From: Octopus vulgaris
Taxonomy: Eukaryota
NCBI GenBank assembly: GCA_951406725.2
Contig: OX597829.1
Coordinates: 42,594,001-42,658,000, forward strand
Length of the DNA: 64,000 bases
Reading direction: 5' to 3'
Below, in pieces: positions 29,140 through 46,053 of this stretch (its first letter is position 1; each line of letters opens with the position of its first letter). Both the position numbers and the translations under genes were made by a program. Below the pieces are notes generated by a model that saw only the letters and a list, made by a program, of their open reading frames with translations, was not told where the DNA came from and searched no databases.

Positions 29140-29352
29140 TATTAGCACACCGGGCGAAATGCGTAGCTGTATTTTGTCTGTCGTTACATTCTGAGTTCAA
29201 ATTCCGCCGAGGTCGACTTTGTCTTTCATCCTTTCGGGGTCGATAAATTAAGTACCAGTTTCGCACTGGAGTCGATGTAATCGACTTAATCCCTTTGTTT
29301 GTCTTTGTTTGTCCCCCCTCTATGTTTAGCCCCTTGTGGGTAGTAAAGAAAT
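29140..29352 (+). mobile_element. SINE family B, slightly 5'-truncated
   Basis: B-box-like gagttcaaattcc, central gtcgactttgtctttcatcctttcggggtcgataaattaagtacc and tail gccccttgtgggtagtaaagaaat. Confidence 0.9.
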
Positions 29353-29460
29353 ATATATATATATATATTGAAATATATCGTATTTTGGCATAGCATAGAC
29401 TATATATATAGACACACACACACACACATACATACATACATACATACATACATACATACA

Positions 29461-29550
<90 letters not shown>

Positions 29551-29614
29551 TATATATACACATATACATATATATATATGTTTATATGTATGTATGTATG
29601 TATGTATGTATATC

Positions 29615-29770
29615 AACAGCGTCTTTCAGTTTCTGTCTACGAAATCCACTCGCAAGTCTTTTGTCCGCCCGAGACTGCAGTAGAGGACACTCGATCAAAG
29701 TTCCACTCTACGGGGCTGAACCCGGAACCATGTGGTTGGGAAGCAATCTTCTCACCAGTTAACCACGCAT
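29615..29770 (-). mobile_element. SINE family A, decayed 5' half
   Basis: ctttcagtttctgtctac...ctgaacccggaaccatgtggttgg. Confidence 0.75.
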
Positions 29771-29882
29771 ATAGAAATAGGCTGATATATTAATATAGAC
29801 ATATTCTAGTAGACGTATATATGTCAGCTTTTATATGTATCAATTTGTATATCTATATACGTGTATATATATATATGTATAA

Positions 29883-29930
<48 letters not shown>

Positions 29931-30105
29931 ATATATATATATATATGTGTATGTGTGTGTATGTGTGTTTATGTATGTGCATAGTTTGTGTGTATGTAGG
30001 TATCTATATATAGGGTGTCTGTGTGTGTGTGTTTGAGTATATATATAAATATGTATATATGTTTATATATATATAAATATATGTATATATATGTATGTAT
30101 ATATC

Positions 30106-30146
<41 letters not shown>

Positions 30147-30319
30147 GCACATATATATATATAAACATACATATATATATGTATACATATACATGCATAT
30201 ATATATAAACACCTGCACACACGCATATATATATATATACTTTATTTAAAGCAGCAGAAAATTCAATTATGTGTTTACTCCGGTATATATATATATATAT
30301 ATATATATATGTAAATCAT

Positions 30320-30380
<61 letters not shown>

Positions 30381-30623
30381 AGTATATATTTTACACATAT
30401 GAATATATATATTTTATACACTACTTGCCTTAGTCATAAAATTTGTAGCCACGTTGGGACCCGCCCTGAGGATCTTTTAGTCGAATACTTCGATGCCAGT
30501 ACTTACTTTTTATGAGCCTGGTACTACTCAATCGGTTCTTTTGCCGAACCGTTAGGTTGACGGAGCCATAAACAACGCGAGTTATGAAGCGGTGATATGG
30601 GACAAGCACGAACAGAAGGACAC

Positions 30624-30676
<53 letters not shown>

Positions 30677-30720
30677 TAACTTAGAAAACAGAGTGGGCTA
30701 ATGGATACAAATAAATTTAT

Positions 30721-30759
<39 letters not shown>

Positions 30760-31000
30760 ATGTATTTATGAATATATGTATGTGTGCGGTTTTGTTTTCT
30801 TATCCCCTACCGTCAGCATCATTTAACAACCGGTGTTGATGCGTTTACGTTGTCGTAACTTAGCGGATCGGCACACAAAGTATAATAAAATACGTACAAG
30901 AGTTTTTTAAAAATGATTACTGGAGTTCATTCATTCAATTAAAAATGCTCCAAGGCAGTGCACCAGCGTGGCTGTAGTCTAATGACTGAAACAAGTAGAA

Positions 31001-31037
<37 letters not shown>

Positions 31038-31052
31038 TTCGCACACGCACAC

Positions 31053-31087
<35 letters not shown>

Positions 31088-31096
31088 ATATCTATA

Positions 31097-31251
<155 letters not shown>

Positions 31252-31278
31252 TGATAGATTCGCACACGCACACACACA

Positions 31279-31351
<73 letters not shown>

Positions 31352-31753
31352 AGGAGTGGCTGTGTGGTGAGCAGCTTGCTAACCAACCACATTGCTTCTG
31401 GGTTCAGTCCCACTGCGTGGCACCTTGGGCAAGTGTCTTCTGCTATAGCCTCGGGCCAACCAAAGCCTTGTGAGTGGATTTGGTTGATGGAAACTGAAAG
31501 AAGCCTGTCGAATATATGTATATATATATATATATATGTATATGTATGTGTTTGTCCCCTTAGCATTGCTTGACACCCGATGCTGTTGTGTTTACGTCCC
31601 CGTCACTTAGCGGTTCGGCAAAAGAGACCGATAGAATAAGTACTGGGCTTACAAAAGAATAAGTCCCGGAGTTGATTTGCTCGACTAAAGGTGGTGCTCC
31701 AGCATGGCCGCAGTCGAATGACTGAAACAAGTAAAAGAGTAAAAGAGAAAGAG
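31352..31753 (+). mobile_element. SINE family A, full length
   Basis: Colinear with other copies. Confidence 0.93.
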
Positions 31754-31828
31754 AATATACGTAAATTTATATGTTCGTATGCAGTAATGTTTTTTTGTAT
31801 CACGTATATTCACAAGGATATGTAGATT

Positions 31829-32033
31829 CTCTCTCTTTACTCTTTTACTCTTTTACTTGTTTCAGTCATTTGGAGCACAGCCTTTAGTCGAGCAAACACA
31901 CCCAGGTACTTATTCCTTCTAAGCCTAGTACTTATTATATCGGTCTATTTTGCCGAACCACTAATTTACGGGTACGTAAGCACACAAGCATCGGTGGTCA
32001 AGCGATGCTAGGGGGACAAACACAGACACACAA

Positions 32034-32072
<39 letters not shown>

Positions 32073-32241
32073 CATATATACGACAGGCTTCTTTCAGTTT
32101 CCGTCTACCAAATCCACTCACAAGGCATTGGTCGGCCCGGGGCTATAGTAGTAGACTGTTGACCAAGATGCCACGCAGTGGGACTGAACCCGGAACCATG
32201 CGATTGGTTAGCAAGCTACTTACCACACAGCCACTCCTGCG
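31829..32241 (-). mobile_element. SINE family A, full length, inverted
   Basis: Reverse complement of the consensus; tail-to-tail with the 31352-31753 copy. Confidence 0.93.
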
Positions 32242-32497
32242 TATAAATACGTAAGTGAGTGTGTGAGTTACGTGTGTGTGTGTGTTTTATAGATAATATA
32301 TGGTGGGAGCTAAGTACTTCGCATGCATATGTGTGTGCTTTCAGTTCGAGAAAACGACAGCCTAGCACGCACATACGCAGACACACGGGCTCACACACTC
32401 ACAAACACAAATGCATATTATGGACTCGTACACATGCATACATATACAAAGAAATATAAGAACCCAAACGATTTACCTATATAGATGCATATGTGTG

Positions 32498-32647
<150 letters not shown>

Positions 32648-32726
32648 TGATTTGAAAACCCCACTAGAATGCGAGAAAGCGCTAATGATCTAAGTGATAT
32701 GATATATATATATAAAATGTAATATA

Positions 32727-33122
32727 GGCGCAGGAGTGGCTGTGTGGTAAGTAGCTTGTCTACCAACCACATGGTTCCGGGTTCAGTCCCCCTGGGCAAG
32801 TGTCTTCTACTATAGCCTCGGGCCGACCAAAGCCTTGTGCGTGGACGGAAACTGAAAGAAGCCCGTCGTATATATGTATTTATTTATATATGGGTGTGTG
32901 TGTATTTGTGTGTCTCTGTTTGTCCCCTAGCATTGCTTGACAACCGATGCTGGTGTGTTTATGTCCCCGTTACCTAGCGGTTCGGCAAAAGAGTCCGATA
33001 GAATAAGTACTGGGCTTACAAAGGAATAAGTCTCGGAGTCGAGTTGCTCGATTAAAAGGCGCTGCTCCAGCATGGCCACAGTCAAATGACTGAAACAAGT
33101 AAAAGAGTAAAAGAGTAAGAGT
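32727..33122 (+). mobile_element. SINE family A, full length with small deletions
   Basis: Colinear with other copies. Confidence 0.92.
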
Positions 33123-33177
33123 ATATAAATAAATATCTCTAAATATAAACCATCCGATCTTCTGAGTACCTCATTTC

Positions 33178-33209
<32 letters not shown>

Positions 33210-33499
33210 CATGCACGTATACGCACACATCAATATACTTCGTCTACATTCACCTATTATGAACATGAGTGTAGAAGTAAAAGGCACACTCACATACAGT
33301 CACACACACTTATACACACGCACAGACACTTACAGGGACACGTAAAATTGTGAGAATACGTGTATGTGTGCGTAAACATGTACATATGTCTATATATTTA
33401 CACACACACACATATGTATATATATATTTATATATATACATATGTATATATATATTTATATATATATATGTATACACATATAGATATATATTTGTGTAT

Positions 33500-33538
<39 letters not shown>

Positions 33539-33539
<1 letters not shown>

Positions 33540-33686
33540 GCGCAGGAGTGGATGTGTGGTAAGAAGCTTGCGTCTCAACTACGTGGTTTCGGGTTCTGTC
33601 CCGTCGCGTGGCACCTTGGGCAAGCGTTTTCTCTATAGCCTCGGACCGACCAGAGTGGATTTGGTAGAAACTGAAAGATGTCCGTT
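33539..33686 (+). mobile_element. SINE family A, 5' half
   Basis: Head ggcgcaggagtggatgtgtggtaag running into long (TA)n. Confidence 0.8.
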
Positions 33687-33701
33687 ATGTATATATCTAT
33701 A

Positions 33702-33799
<98 letters not shown>

Positions 33800-33845
33800 T
33801 ATACATATATATGCATACATACATACATATATGTATATATGTATA

Positions 33846-33926
<81 letters not shown>

Positions 33927-34172
33927 CATATATATATATATAAAACTATATACGTATACAGAGAGTATATGTTTTCATGTGTGCGGCATTAGATTTTTTG
34001 TCTTTTGTGGAATTACCTAATTCAAATTATTGTTTTTATTTTGCCTTTAAACATATTATGTACCTCCAATGGACAGTTTTGTGATGAAGGCAGTATCTAA
34101 GCCATAACATTTATTTAAGCTTAAAGTAGCTCCCAGAAACATAAATACATGCAATATTCTGAAGTTGTTTCC

Positions 34173-34511
<339 letters not shown>

Positions 34512-34525
34512 TATGCCTAAGCGGC

Positions 34526-34563
<38 letters not shown>

Positions 34564-34618
34564 ATATATAAATATAAATATAAATATATATATACATATG
34601 CATATGTATGTATATATG

Positions 34619-34649
<31 letters not shown>

Positions 34650-34811
34650 GTAAACATACGCATCACACACACACACAGACACACACACACACACTGACAC
34701 TTATATACATATCTATCACTTAGGCATAGCGCTATTAATAACCTAAGGTTAGAACTCAATATACTTAAGTTTCATTTAAGATGATCGGGGTAAAAATGTA
34801 ACGTGATGCAC

Positions 34812-34859
34812 TTAGCTCTGAGGGATCTGTAGCTCGTAGCAGAAACAGCTGTAAGCTAA
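34812..34859 (+). ncRNA. Degenerate hammerhead ribozyme motif
   Basis: uuagcu CUGAGGG ... GAAAC agcu GUA agcuaa: perfect 6-bp stem I and palindromic stem III loop; stem II is unclear. Confidence 0.5.
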
Positions 34860-34953
34860 TGAAGCTCAATGCATAATTTCCCGCTTCCTTTTCAGGTTTC
34901 TAATTTTACATTACGCCATATATGTGTGTGTGTCTGCGTGTGCGTTTGTGTAA

Positions 34954-35015
<62 letters not shown>

Positions 35016-35430
35016 GCACATATTTATATATCCATATATATATATGTATATATATATACACACACACATATACACTAACACACACACACACACACACACA
35101 CATACACACACATATATATATACATATATAAATACACACATATGTATATGTGTATATACACACACATCCACACATGCATATACATATATATCCAAATATG
35201 GGTATGTGTACGCGTATCCCTGTGTTTATGTGTATATATGTGTTTGTGTGTGTGTAAGAGTGAAAGAGAAAGAAAGAGAAAGGCAGAAATTATTCGTGTG
35301 TAAATTTGTTTTTTGGGAATATACCAAAAAAATAAAATGTCTCCTAAATGAAACCTAATACTCTGAGTAGCAGCAGTGCTGTGAGGATTTTCGCAGCTTT
35401 GATAAAAAAAAAGTACACACACACACACAC

Positions 35431-35859
35431 TCTCTCTCTTTACTCTTTTACTCTTTTACTTGTTTCAGTCATTTGACTGCGGTCATGCTGGAGCACCGCC
35501 TTTAGTCGAGCAAATCGACCCCGGGACTTATTCTTTTTGTAAGCCCAGTACTTATTCTATCGGTCTCTTTTGCCGAACCGCTAAGTGACGGGGACGTAAA
35601 CACACCAGCATCGGTTGTCAAGCAATGCTAGGGGGACAAACACAGACACACAAACACAAACACACACATATACATATATACATATATACATATATACGAC
35701 AGGCTTCTTTCAGTTTCCGTCTACCAAATCTACTCACAAGGCATTGGTCGGCCCGGGGCTATAGTAGAAGACACTTGCCCAAGATGCCACGCAGTGGGAC
35801 TGAACCCGGAACCATGTGGTTGGTTAGCAAGCTACTTACCACACAGCCACTCCTGCGCC
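35431..35859 (-). mobile_element. SINE family A, full length
   Basis: Reverse complement of the consensus. Confidence 0.93.
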
Positions 35860-36265
35860 TATTCACACAAACATTCACATCTATGCATATAGCTCAAAAT
35901 CTATGTATAAAATCCATCGGTATATTTTTTTGCTAAGTTTAACTGTGGGTAAATTAGAAATAGTAAAATAGTGTATTTTTGCAAGCGATTAAAATAGATT
36001 AAAATTTCGGTTGTTGCATTTGTGGTGCTGTTTATTCGGAATGAATCTGGCTTGATGTTTAGGAAAATACATAGAATGTCTCCTCAATTTTACAAGTTGT
36101 CTTTTATGTGATCTGAGGTACGATGCTCTATTATCATTATCCAGTCAATGGGCCAATTATTTGGACCCACCATACTGCATATATTCATCTTAAGCACGGT
36201 TAGATTAAGGCTGCTGACGAAAATTGTATATGTTGAACGTTAAGATGAAAACAACAATACATTAA

Positions 36266-36508
36266 GGCGTGGCTGTGTGGTAATAAGCTTGCTTTCGAAA
36301 CACATAGTTGCGGGTTCAGTCCCACTGCGTGGCACTTTGGTGTGGCCGTGTGGTAAGAAGCCTGCTTTTCAACGACATGGTCCCGGGTTCAGTCCCACTA
36401 CGTGGCTCCTTGGGAAAGTATCTTCTACTTCAGCCTCAGGCTGACCAATGCTTTGTAAGTGGATTTGTTTGACGGTTGATAAAAGAAGCCCGTCGTATAA
36501 AGACACGT

Positions 36509-36553
<45 letters not shown>

Positions 36554-36790
36554 TACACACACACACACACACACATATGTATGAATTTGTGGGTCTGTGT
36601 TTGTCCCCACCATCGCTTGACAACCGATGTTGGTGTGTTTACGCACTCGTGACTTAGCGGTTTTCCAAAAGAAACCGATAGAATAAATACTAGGCTTACA
36701 AATAATATGTCCTGGTGTCGATTATTTCGATTAAAGGCAGTGCTCCAGCATGGCCTCAGTCAAATGACAGAAACAAGTAAAAGAGTAAAA
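36266..36790 (+). mobile_element. SINE family A with duplicated tRNA-like head
   Basis: A first head (36266-36340) is immediately followed by a second head at 36341 and the full body. Confidence 0.88.
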
Positions 36791-36797
36791 AAACGGG

Positions 36798-36832
<35 letters not shown>

Positions 36833-37221
36833 CTGTGTGTGTTTTTATGTGGGTGTGTGTGTAAGAGTGGGTGTGTGTGTATTTCCTCTTCTTTGGTGCC
36901 ATTGCTATGTACATACCTTGATTCTATATATGTATAGAATTTTATATATGTATGCATATGTGTATGTGTTTATCCCCACTACCCACCACTACCATCATCA
37001 CCGTATGACAACTTGTGTTGGTGTGCTTACGTATCCGTAACTTAACGGTTCGGCAAAAGAATCGATATTATAAGTATCAGGCTTTTAAAAATGGTACTGG
37101 TGTCGTTTAATTCGACTAAAATTTCATCCATGCGTTACCCCCGCATGGCCGCTCTCTAATGACCGAAGCAAGTAAAATTCTGCTGCTTTCATATCTAATG
37201 AGTAATACAATAAATAGATAA

Positions 37222-37420
37222 GCGCAGGAGTGGCTGTGTGGTAAGTACCTTGCTTACCAACCACATTGCTTCGGGTTCAGTCCCACTGCGTGGCATTTTG
37301 GGCAAGTGTCTTCTGCTACAGCCTCGGGCCGACCCAAAGCCTTGTGAGTGGATTTGGTAGACAGAAACTGAAAGAAGCCCGTCGTATATATGTGTATATA
37401 TATATGTGTGTGTGTGTATA

Positions 37421-37493
<73 letters not shown>

Positions 37494-37750
37494 GTGTGTT
37501 GTGTGTGTGTGTGTGCGTGTGTGTATATGTTTGTGTGTGTGTTTGTCCCTCCAACATCGCTTGACAACCGATGCTGGTGCGTTTACGTCCCCGTAACTTA
37601 GCGGTTCAGCAAAACAGACCGATAGAATAAGTACTGGGCTTACAAAAAGAATAAGTCTCGGGGTCGAGTTGCTCGACTAAAGTCGGTGCTCCAGCATGGC
37701 CGCAGTCAAATGTCTGAAACTTGTAGAAGAGTAAAGAGTAAAGAGAGAGT
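37222..37750 (+). mobile_element. SINE family A with expanded internal microsatellite
   Basis: Internal TA/TG tract at about 37385-37540. Confidence 0.93.
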
Positions 37751-37956
37751 GATTCAAGGCCTTTCCTTTCTTAATTATATATTGCAGTTTCATACAAGTT
37801 GACTTGTAATGGTTTTTCTTACGGCTGCCTTAAAAAAACAATTTTGTCACTTGAAAACGCACATTTCATACTTGAGCATAAAATTTGACAGAAAATATAA
37901 GATATGATTACAGAAGTACAATGTTAAATATTAATAACGATTATTTTATTTATTTA

Positions 37957-38341
37957 CTAGCAGTATCGCCCGGCGTTGCACGAGTTTGTAAGGGAAATAA
38001 CTATATAAGCATTTTTAGAGAGTTATAGCCAAAAAATGCATTAAAAATGGAAAAAAAAATGATGGTAAATTTTTTTTTAAATCGTTGACTCATCGTAGAC
38101 ATTTTTAGAGTTACTTCCCTTATATAATAACGATAAAATGCATTAAAATGGAAAAAAATGATGGTAAATTTTTTTAAAATCATAGACTCATCGCAGACGC
38201 GCGCTAATACACAGAAGGGCTTGATATAAATCACGACTATAAGATACCCGCTTTTGGTTAAACTGCACCGCAAAATGTGGGAGTTGTTAGGAATCTAAAT
38301 CGTAGGAGACAGACACACAACTTCACTTTTATATATAAAGA
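37957..38341 (-). mobile_element. Non-autonomous Helitron
   Basis: Minus strand begins TC(tttatatataaa) and ends with a GC-rich hairpin ctcgtgcaacgccggg then CTAG; it lies between A and T with no TSD and has an internal ~65-bp duplication. Confidence 0.85.
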
Positions 38342-38370
38342 TTTAGTTAGTTATTTTGTTTTTTTTTTCA

Positions 38371-38456
38371 AAGTTTCAGCTCAGAGCTGCAGCCATGCTG
38401 ATGCATAGCGGAAAACGGCGGTGTATCAGCATGGCCGCAGCTCTGAGCTGAAACTT
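38371..38456. repeat. 86-nt hairpin made of two opposed retroposon 3' tails
   Basis: aagtttcagctcagagctgcagccatgctgatgca pairs with tgtatcagcatggccgcagctctgagctgaaactt; T-run and A-run flanks. Confidence 0.9.
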
Positions 38457-38499
38457 AAAAAAAAAAAAATAAATAAAAAAAAAAAAATAAAATAATCGT

Positions 38500-38544
38500 T
38501 ATAAAAATAACAATAATAACAACAACACCAGCAACAACGACAGC

Positions 38545-38633
<89 letters not shown>

Positions 38634-38695
38634 TAATAATAATAATAATGATAATAATAGTGATAATAATGATAATAATAATAATAATAATAATG

Positions 38696-38728
<33 letters not shown>

Positions 38729-38730
38729 GC

Positions 38731-38762
<32 letters not shown>

Positions 38763-38880
38763 TAATAATAATAATGAATAATAATAGTGATAATAATGCC
38801 ATACATAATAATAATAATAATAATAATAATAATGGTAATAGGCATAATAATAATAATAATAATAATAAAAATGATAATAC
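38500..38880. repeat. (TAA)n microsatellite
   Basis: Directly visible. Confidence 0.97.
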
Positions 38881-39044
38881 TCTGATATGATAATCTTTTC
38901 AGATAGAGAAATTAAGGCCAACATTTTGGGAGAAGGGTCTAGTCAGATTATCATTGACGAAAAAAATGCTTTTTAACTGATGTATCAATACCATCAGATG
39001 ACAACGTGTCTCTAAAAGAAATGGAGAAACTCTCGAAATCGGCG

Positions 39045-39337
39045 GAAATTTGTAACTAGAATGTGGAATCTGAAAACAGAAACAATTCCTATCATAGTAG
39101 GTGCATTAGGCATGATAAAAAAATATTCAGACAAATACATAACAAAAACACCAGGACTTACAAACACATATAACATACAGAAAATTGCACTACTAGGCAC
39201 TGCCCACATCCTACGCAGAACACTTTCCATACAATAACCATCAGAGCATCACAACAAATCACAGCACATACCCAAGGCACACAGAGCTGCGCTCGGTAGT
39301 GAAGTGAAAGCACGCTATAAAAATAAAAATAAAACTA

Positions 39338-39340
<3 letters not shown>
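39045..39340 (+). mobile_element. R4/Dong-clade LINE extreme 3' fragment
   Basis: RMWNLKTETIPIIVGALGMIKK...IQKIALLGTAHILRRTLSIQ*, a short UTR, then (TAA)n at 39341-39503. Confidence 0.87.
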
Positions 39341-39393
<53 letters not shown>

Positions 39394-39398
39394 TAATA

Positions 39399-39760
<362 letters not shown>

Positions 39761-39907
39761 CAAACACAAACCACAACAGCAACAACAACAATGAATATAG
39801 CAATAATAACACGCTGTTATGACAAAAGGTACATACAATATAATAGTAATAAAACAAAAAGTTTTATATTTGTCGCCCGAGGCGTATATATAGATATGTA
39901 TATATAA

Positions 39908-39943
<36 letters not shown>

Positions 39944-40056
39944 ATATATATACACACACACACATATTTATGTATATACATATCTATCCATATATTAATA
40001 TTTATATATATATATGTATGTATGTATATATATATATTTATATATATATGTATGTG

Positions 40057-40095
<39 letters not shown>

Positions 40096-40139
40096 TGTAT
40101 ATAAATATGTATATTATTATTATAATCTTTTAATTATTT

Positions 40140-40322
40140 CATTCATTTGATTGCGGCCATGCTGGAGCACAGCCTTTAGTCGAGCAGACACACCCAGGTA
40201 CTTATTCCTTCTAAGCCTAATACTTATTCTATCGGTTTATTTTGCCGAACCACTAAGTTACGGGTACGTAAGCACACAAGCATCGATGGTTAAGCAATGA
40301 TAGTGGGGACAAACACAGACAG

Positions 40323-40389
<67 letters not shown>

Positions 40390-40553
40390 CACACACGCAT
40401 ATGACGGGCTTTTTTCAGATTCCGTCTACTAAATCCGTTCGCATGGTTTTGTTCGGCCCGAGGCTATAGAAGAAGAAAGTCACTTGCCCAATGTTCCACT
40501 GAACCCGGAACCATGTAGTTGGTAAGCAAGCGTGTTACCCACACAACATCACC
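40140..40553 (-). mobile_element. SINE family A, older copy
   Basis: Reverse complement of the consensus with divergence. Confidence 0.88.
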
Positions 40554-40602
40554 TGTGTCTATCCTTCTCTGCCCTCTCTCTCCCTCTGTATATATGTATA
40601 TA

Positions 40603-40712
<110 letters not shown>

Positions 40713-40749
40713 CATACGCACGCACACACAGACACAGGTACACATAATT

Positions 40750-40782
<33 letters not shown>

Positions 40783-40896
40783 GTATATATACTACATACA
40801 TATACATATACAGACAAACATACACATTCACAAATAAATATATACATCTACACACACACACATACATATATATACGTATACATACACACACATTTA

Positions 40897-41034
<138 letters not shown>

Positions 41035-41284
41035 GAATTAAATGTTGTCAGGTTTAGTTGCGTCATGCTATCTGCTCGATATTAAACAAACAATTAATCA
41101 AAATTTCTATTTGTTCTAACAGTATTAAAATGCTCAAATGCAATATTGATAAAATGGATGTAGAATGAATGACAAGCCAATCTGCCATATTCTGAATGAC
41201 TTGTGTGTGGGCATTACTGTGTGTGTGTAGACAAGTATATGTATATGTGTGTGTGTGTGTGTGTGTGCGTGTGTGTGTGTGTGA

Positions 41285-41318
<34 letters not shown>

Positions 41319-41382
41319 TGAGAGGGAGAGAGAGAGAGAGGGGTGAGAGACGGAGAGATAAGTATATATATATATATATATA

Positions 41383-41420
<38 letters not shown>

Positions 41421-41639
41421 TATATGTAACTTTATATATGCAAGAAGATATATATATATATTTATGCATCTACATGTGCATTTATATTTATACATACGAA
41501 TATGGCTATACTTTGTATGATTATGAGTATAGTATATATCATATACGGATATATGTACATACTTACATATTTATTATATCATATATACCGTTGACATAGA
41601 TGATACCAATACACACAAACACAGTACGCATATATACTC

Positions 41640-41685
<46 letters not shown>

Positions 41686-42000
41686 AATTGTGTTATTGTT
41701 GTGTACTATATATATATATATGTATATGCATGTATATGTAGGTATATATATGTATATATACATATATACATATATATATATGTGTGTATATATATACATA
41801 TATATATATATGTGTACATATATGTGTGTGCGTATATATATATAAATACATATAGATATATGTATGTATGTATCTATCTATCTATAAATATATATATATA
41901 TATTTATACCTATATAAATATGTATAGATATATATATATGCATGCATGCATGTATGTATGTATGTATATATGCATGTATGTATGTATGTATGTATCTATC

Positions 42001-42086
<86 letters not shown>

Positions 42087-42598
42087 TTATCTATCTATAT
42101 TTCTATATTTCTGTGTGGGTATATGTACGTTAGAAATCGTATGCATCCCAAAGGCTATTTGGCATAATTTTTGCAGTTTATCATTTATTACTTTATCTAC
42201 TTCGATTTCAACTTTAAAAAGGAATTACACACGCACGGACACACACACTCACACACACACACAGACATCCAGACACACCCAGACACCCAGACACACACAC
42301 ACACACACACGCGCGCGCGCACACACACTCACATACATATATATTTCTGTGCACACAGAACTTTTTACATAAGTATGTATACATATATGCATATATATGT
42401 ATGTTCGTTATTTCATTTAATGCCAACAGAAAGTGGCAGTCCTATAGAGGACGATTTTACTGTTGCTTTAGCCCCAGGAAAACATCTTTCCCAGCTGGCT
42501 GTCTACTTATTATCTATCTATCTATCTGTCTGTCTGTCTTTCGACCTGCTTGTACATTAATCATCAATTTAAATGCATAAATTTATCTATCTATATAT

Positions 42599-42693
<95 letters not shown>

Positions 42694-42877
42694 TGAGTGT
42701 GTGTGTGTTTGTGTGTGTGTGTGATTGAGTATGTGTTTGTTTGTGTGTGTACATATATGTTTTCATTTATGTGATCTTGTATGTAATTATGTATCTTCTC
42801 TGTGTGTGTGTCTCTCTCTCTCAATCTATGTATGTACCTACATTCATACATACAAACATACAAATATATACATATAA

Positions 42878-43053
42878 GGCGCAGGAGTGCCTGTGTGGTA
42901 AGAAGATTGCTTCCCAACCATATGGTTCCTGGCTCAGTTCCATTGCGTGGCACCTTGCGCAGGAGTCTTCTACTATAGCCTCGAGTAGAACAAATACTTG
43001 TGAGTGGATTTAATAGATAGAAAGTGAACGAAAACCTTCATATATATATATAT

Positions 43054-43144
<91 letters not shown>

Positions 43145-43165
43145 TATATACATAGATATAGATAT

Positions 43166-43255
<90 letters not shown>

Positions 43256-43329
43256 ATATATATATATATACAATTGTTTGTTTGTTTTCCACCTGCCTTC
43301 GTCTTTTGTCTATTTTCATAAAGCTTCCG

Positions 43330-43390
<61 letters not shown>

Positions 43391-43475
43391 CATATATACA
43401 TATGTGTGTGTATAAACTTTTGTATTTGTGTTTACCGATGACGGTGTGTTTACGTCCTCGCTACTTAGCGTTCAT
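42878..43475 (+). mobile_element. SINE family A split by expanded (TA)n
   Basis: Head at 42878-43035; residual body accgatgacggtgtgtttacgtcctcgctacttagcg at about 43433-43470. Confidence 0.7.
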
Positions 43476-43510
43476 ATGTGTGTGTGTGTGTGTATATAAA
43501 AGATATATAC

Positions 43511-43545
<35 letters not shown>

Positions 43546-43558
43546 AGATATATACATG

Positions 43559-43628
<70 letters not shown>

Positions 43629-43879
43629 TCATAAATGTATTAATAATACAGTATATTCGTGCCTCTCTGTGTGTGTGTGTGTGTTTGTCTCTGTGTGTTT
43701 TATTTGTGTAAATTGATGTGTATGGTTTCTTCTCTGCACCGTATATTCATCAAATAAATGTGCTGTTACACGTATGACATACTGTTCATGTATTACTAGT
43801 GAGAAGGCAACTAAAAAGTTGTGCAAATCGATAAGAAACAGTAACAGTCTTCCACTATACTTCACTGGATGGGTGTGCT

Positions 43880-45150
<1,271 letters not shown>

Positions 45151-45875
45151 ACGTGAATATATCCGTTGTGTGTGGCATCTCATTCTGCTGTAGTTATTAC
45201 CTATTTATTTAAACGTATTTTTATCTAATAAAACAACCATATCCTCGATGATTGCGATTCCCGTTTTTCCAATTAGCTGGGTTTTATATTTGTTCACTTG
45301 GATTGTGGGTTTTCCAGTATCCCCCAAGTAAGCCATGACTCGGAGAACCCTATGTATCGAGATAAAAAAAAAACGTAGAATCAATAATTACTGTTGTTGT
45401 TGTTTTTGTTTTTATTTTTTTCATTTTTTTTATTTTCTTCTTTTGTTTTGTTTTGTTTTGTTTTGTTGTATTACAAGACAGAAACGTCATGTGGAAATGG
45501 ATTCACTCGTCCTAACATCAGTTTACTCGAATTAAAGGATTTCAATATCCCGGAGGAAGAACACAAGCTGTTTGTTCTCCGCAAAGTACGTCTCTCTCTG
45601 CCGCAAAATTTACTTGCATGGGACGAATAGCAATAGAAGCGTTAGCCAAAACTAGGAATTTCAACTGTGGTGAGAAAGTGTGATTAAAGTAGGTGGGCAG
45701 CTTATTTTAAAGTGTGTTCAAAACAACATACAGACACTCGAACACACACACAAACACACACTTACACACATCTTCGTATAAGTATATGCATATATACATA
45801 TAGATAGATAGATCGATAGATAGATAATATAGATAGATATTTATATAGTTGTATGTATATATATGTGTGTGTGCA

Positions 45876-45913
<38 letters not shown>

Positions 45914-46018
45914 CATACATAATATACACATAAATACACACACACATATATATATATATACGCACATTAATTTACATATACACACACGCGTGCATACACC
46001 CAAAAACCCACACACCCA

Positions 46019-46053
<35 letters not shown>

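Noticed and set aside
36210-36245. ctgacga...gaacgtt hammerhead-like string
   Set aside because: GAAA core is incomplete and neither stem I nor stem II is convincing.
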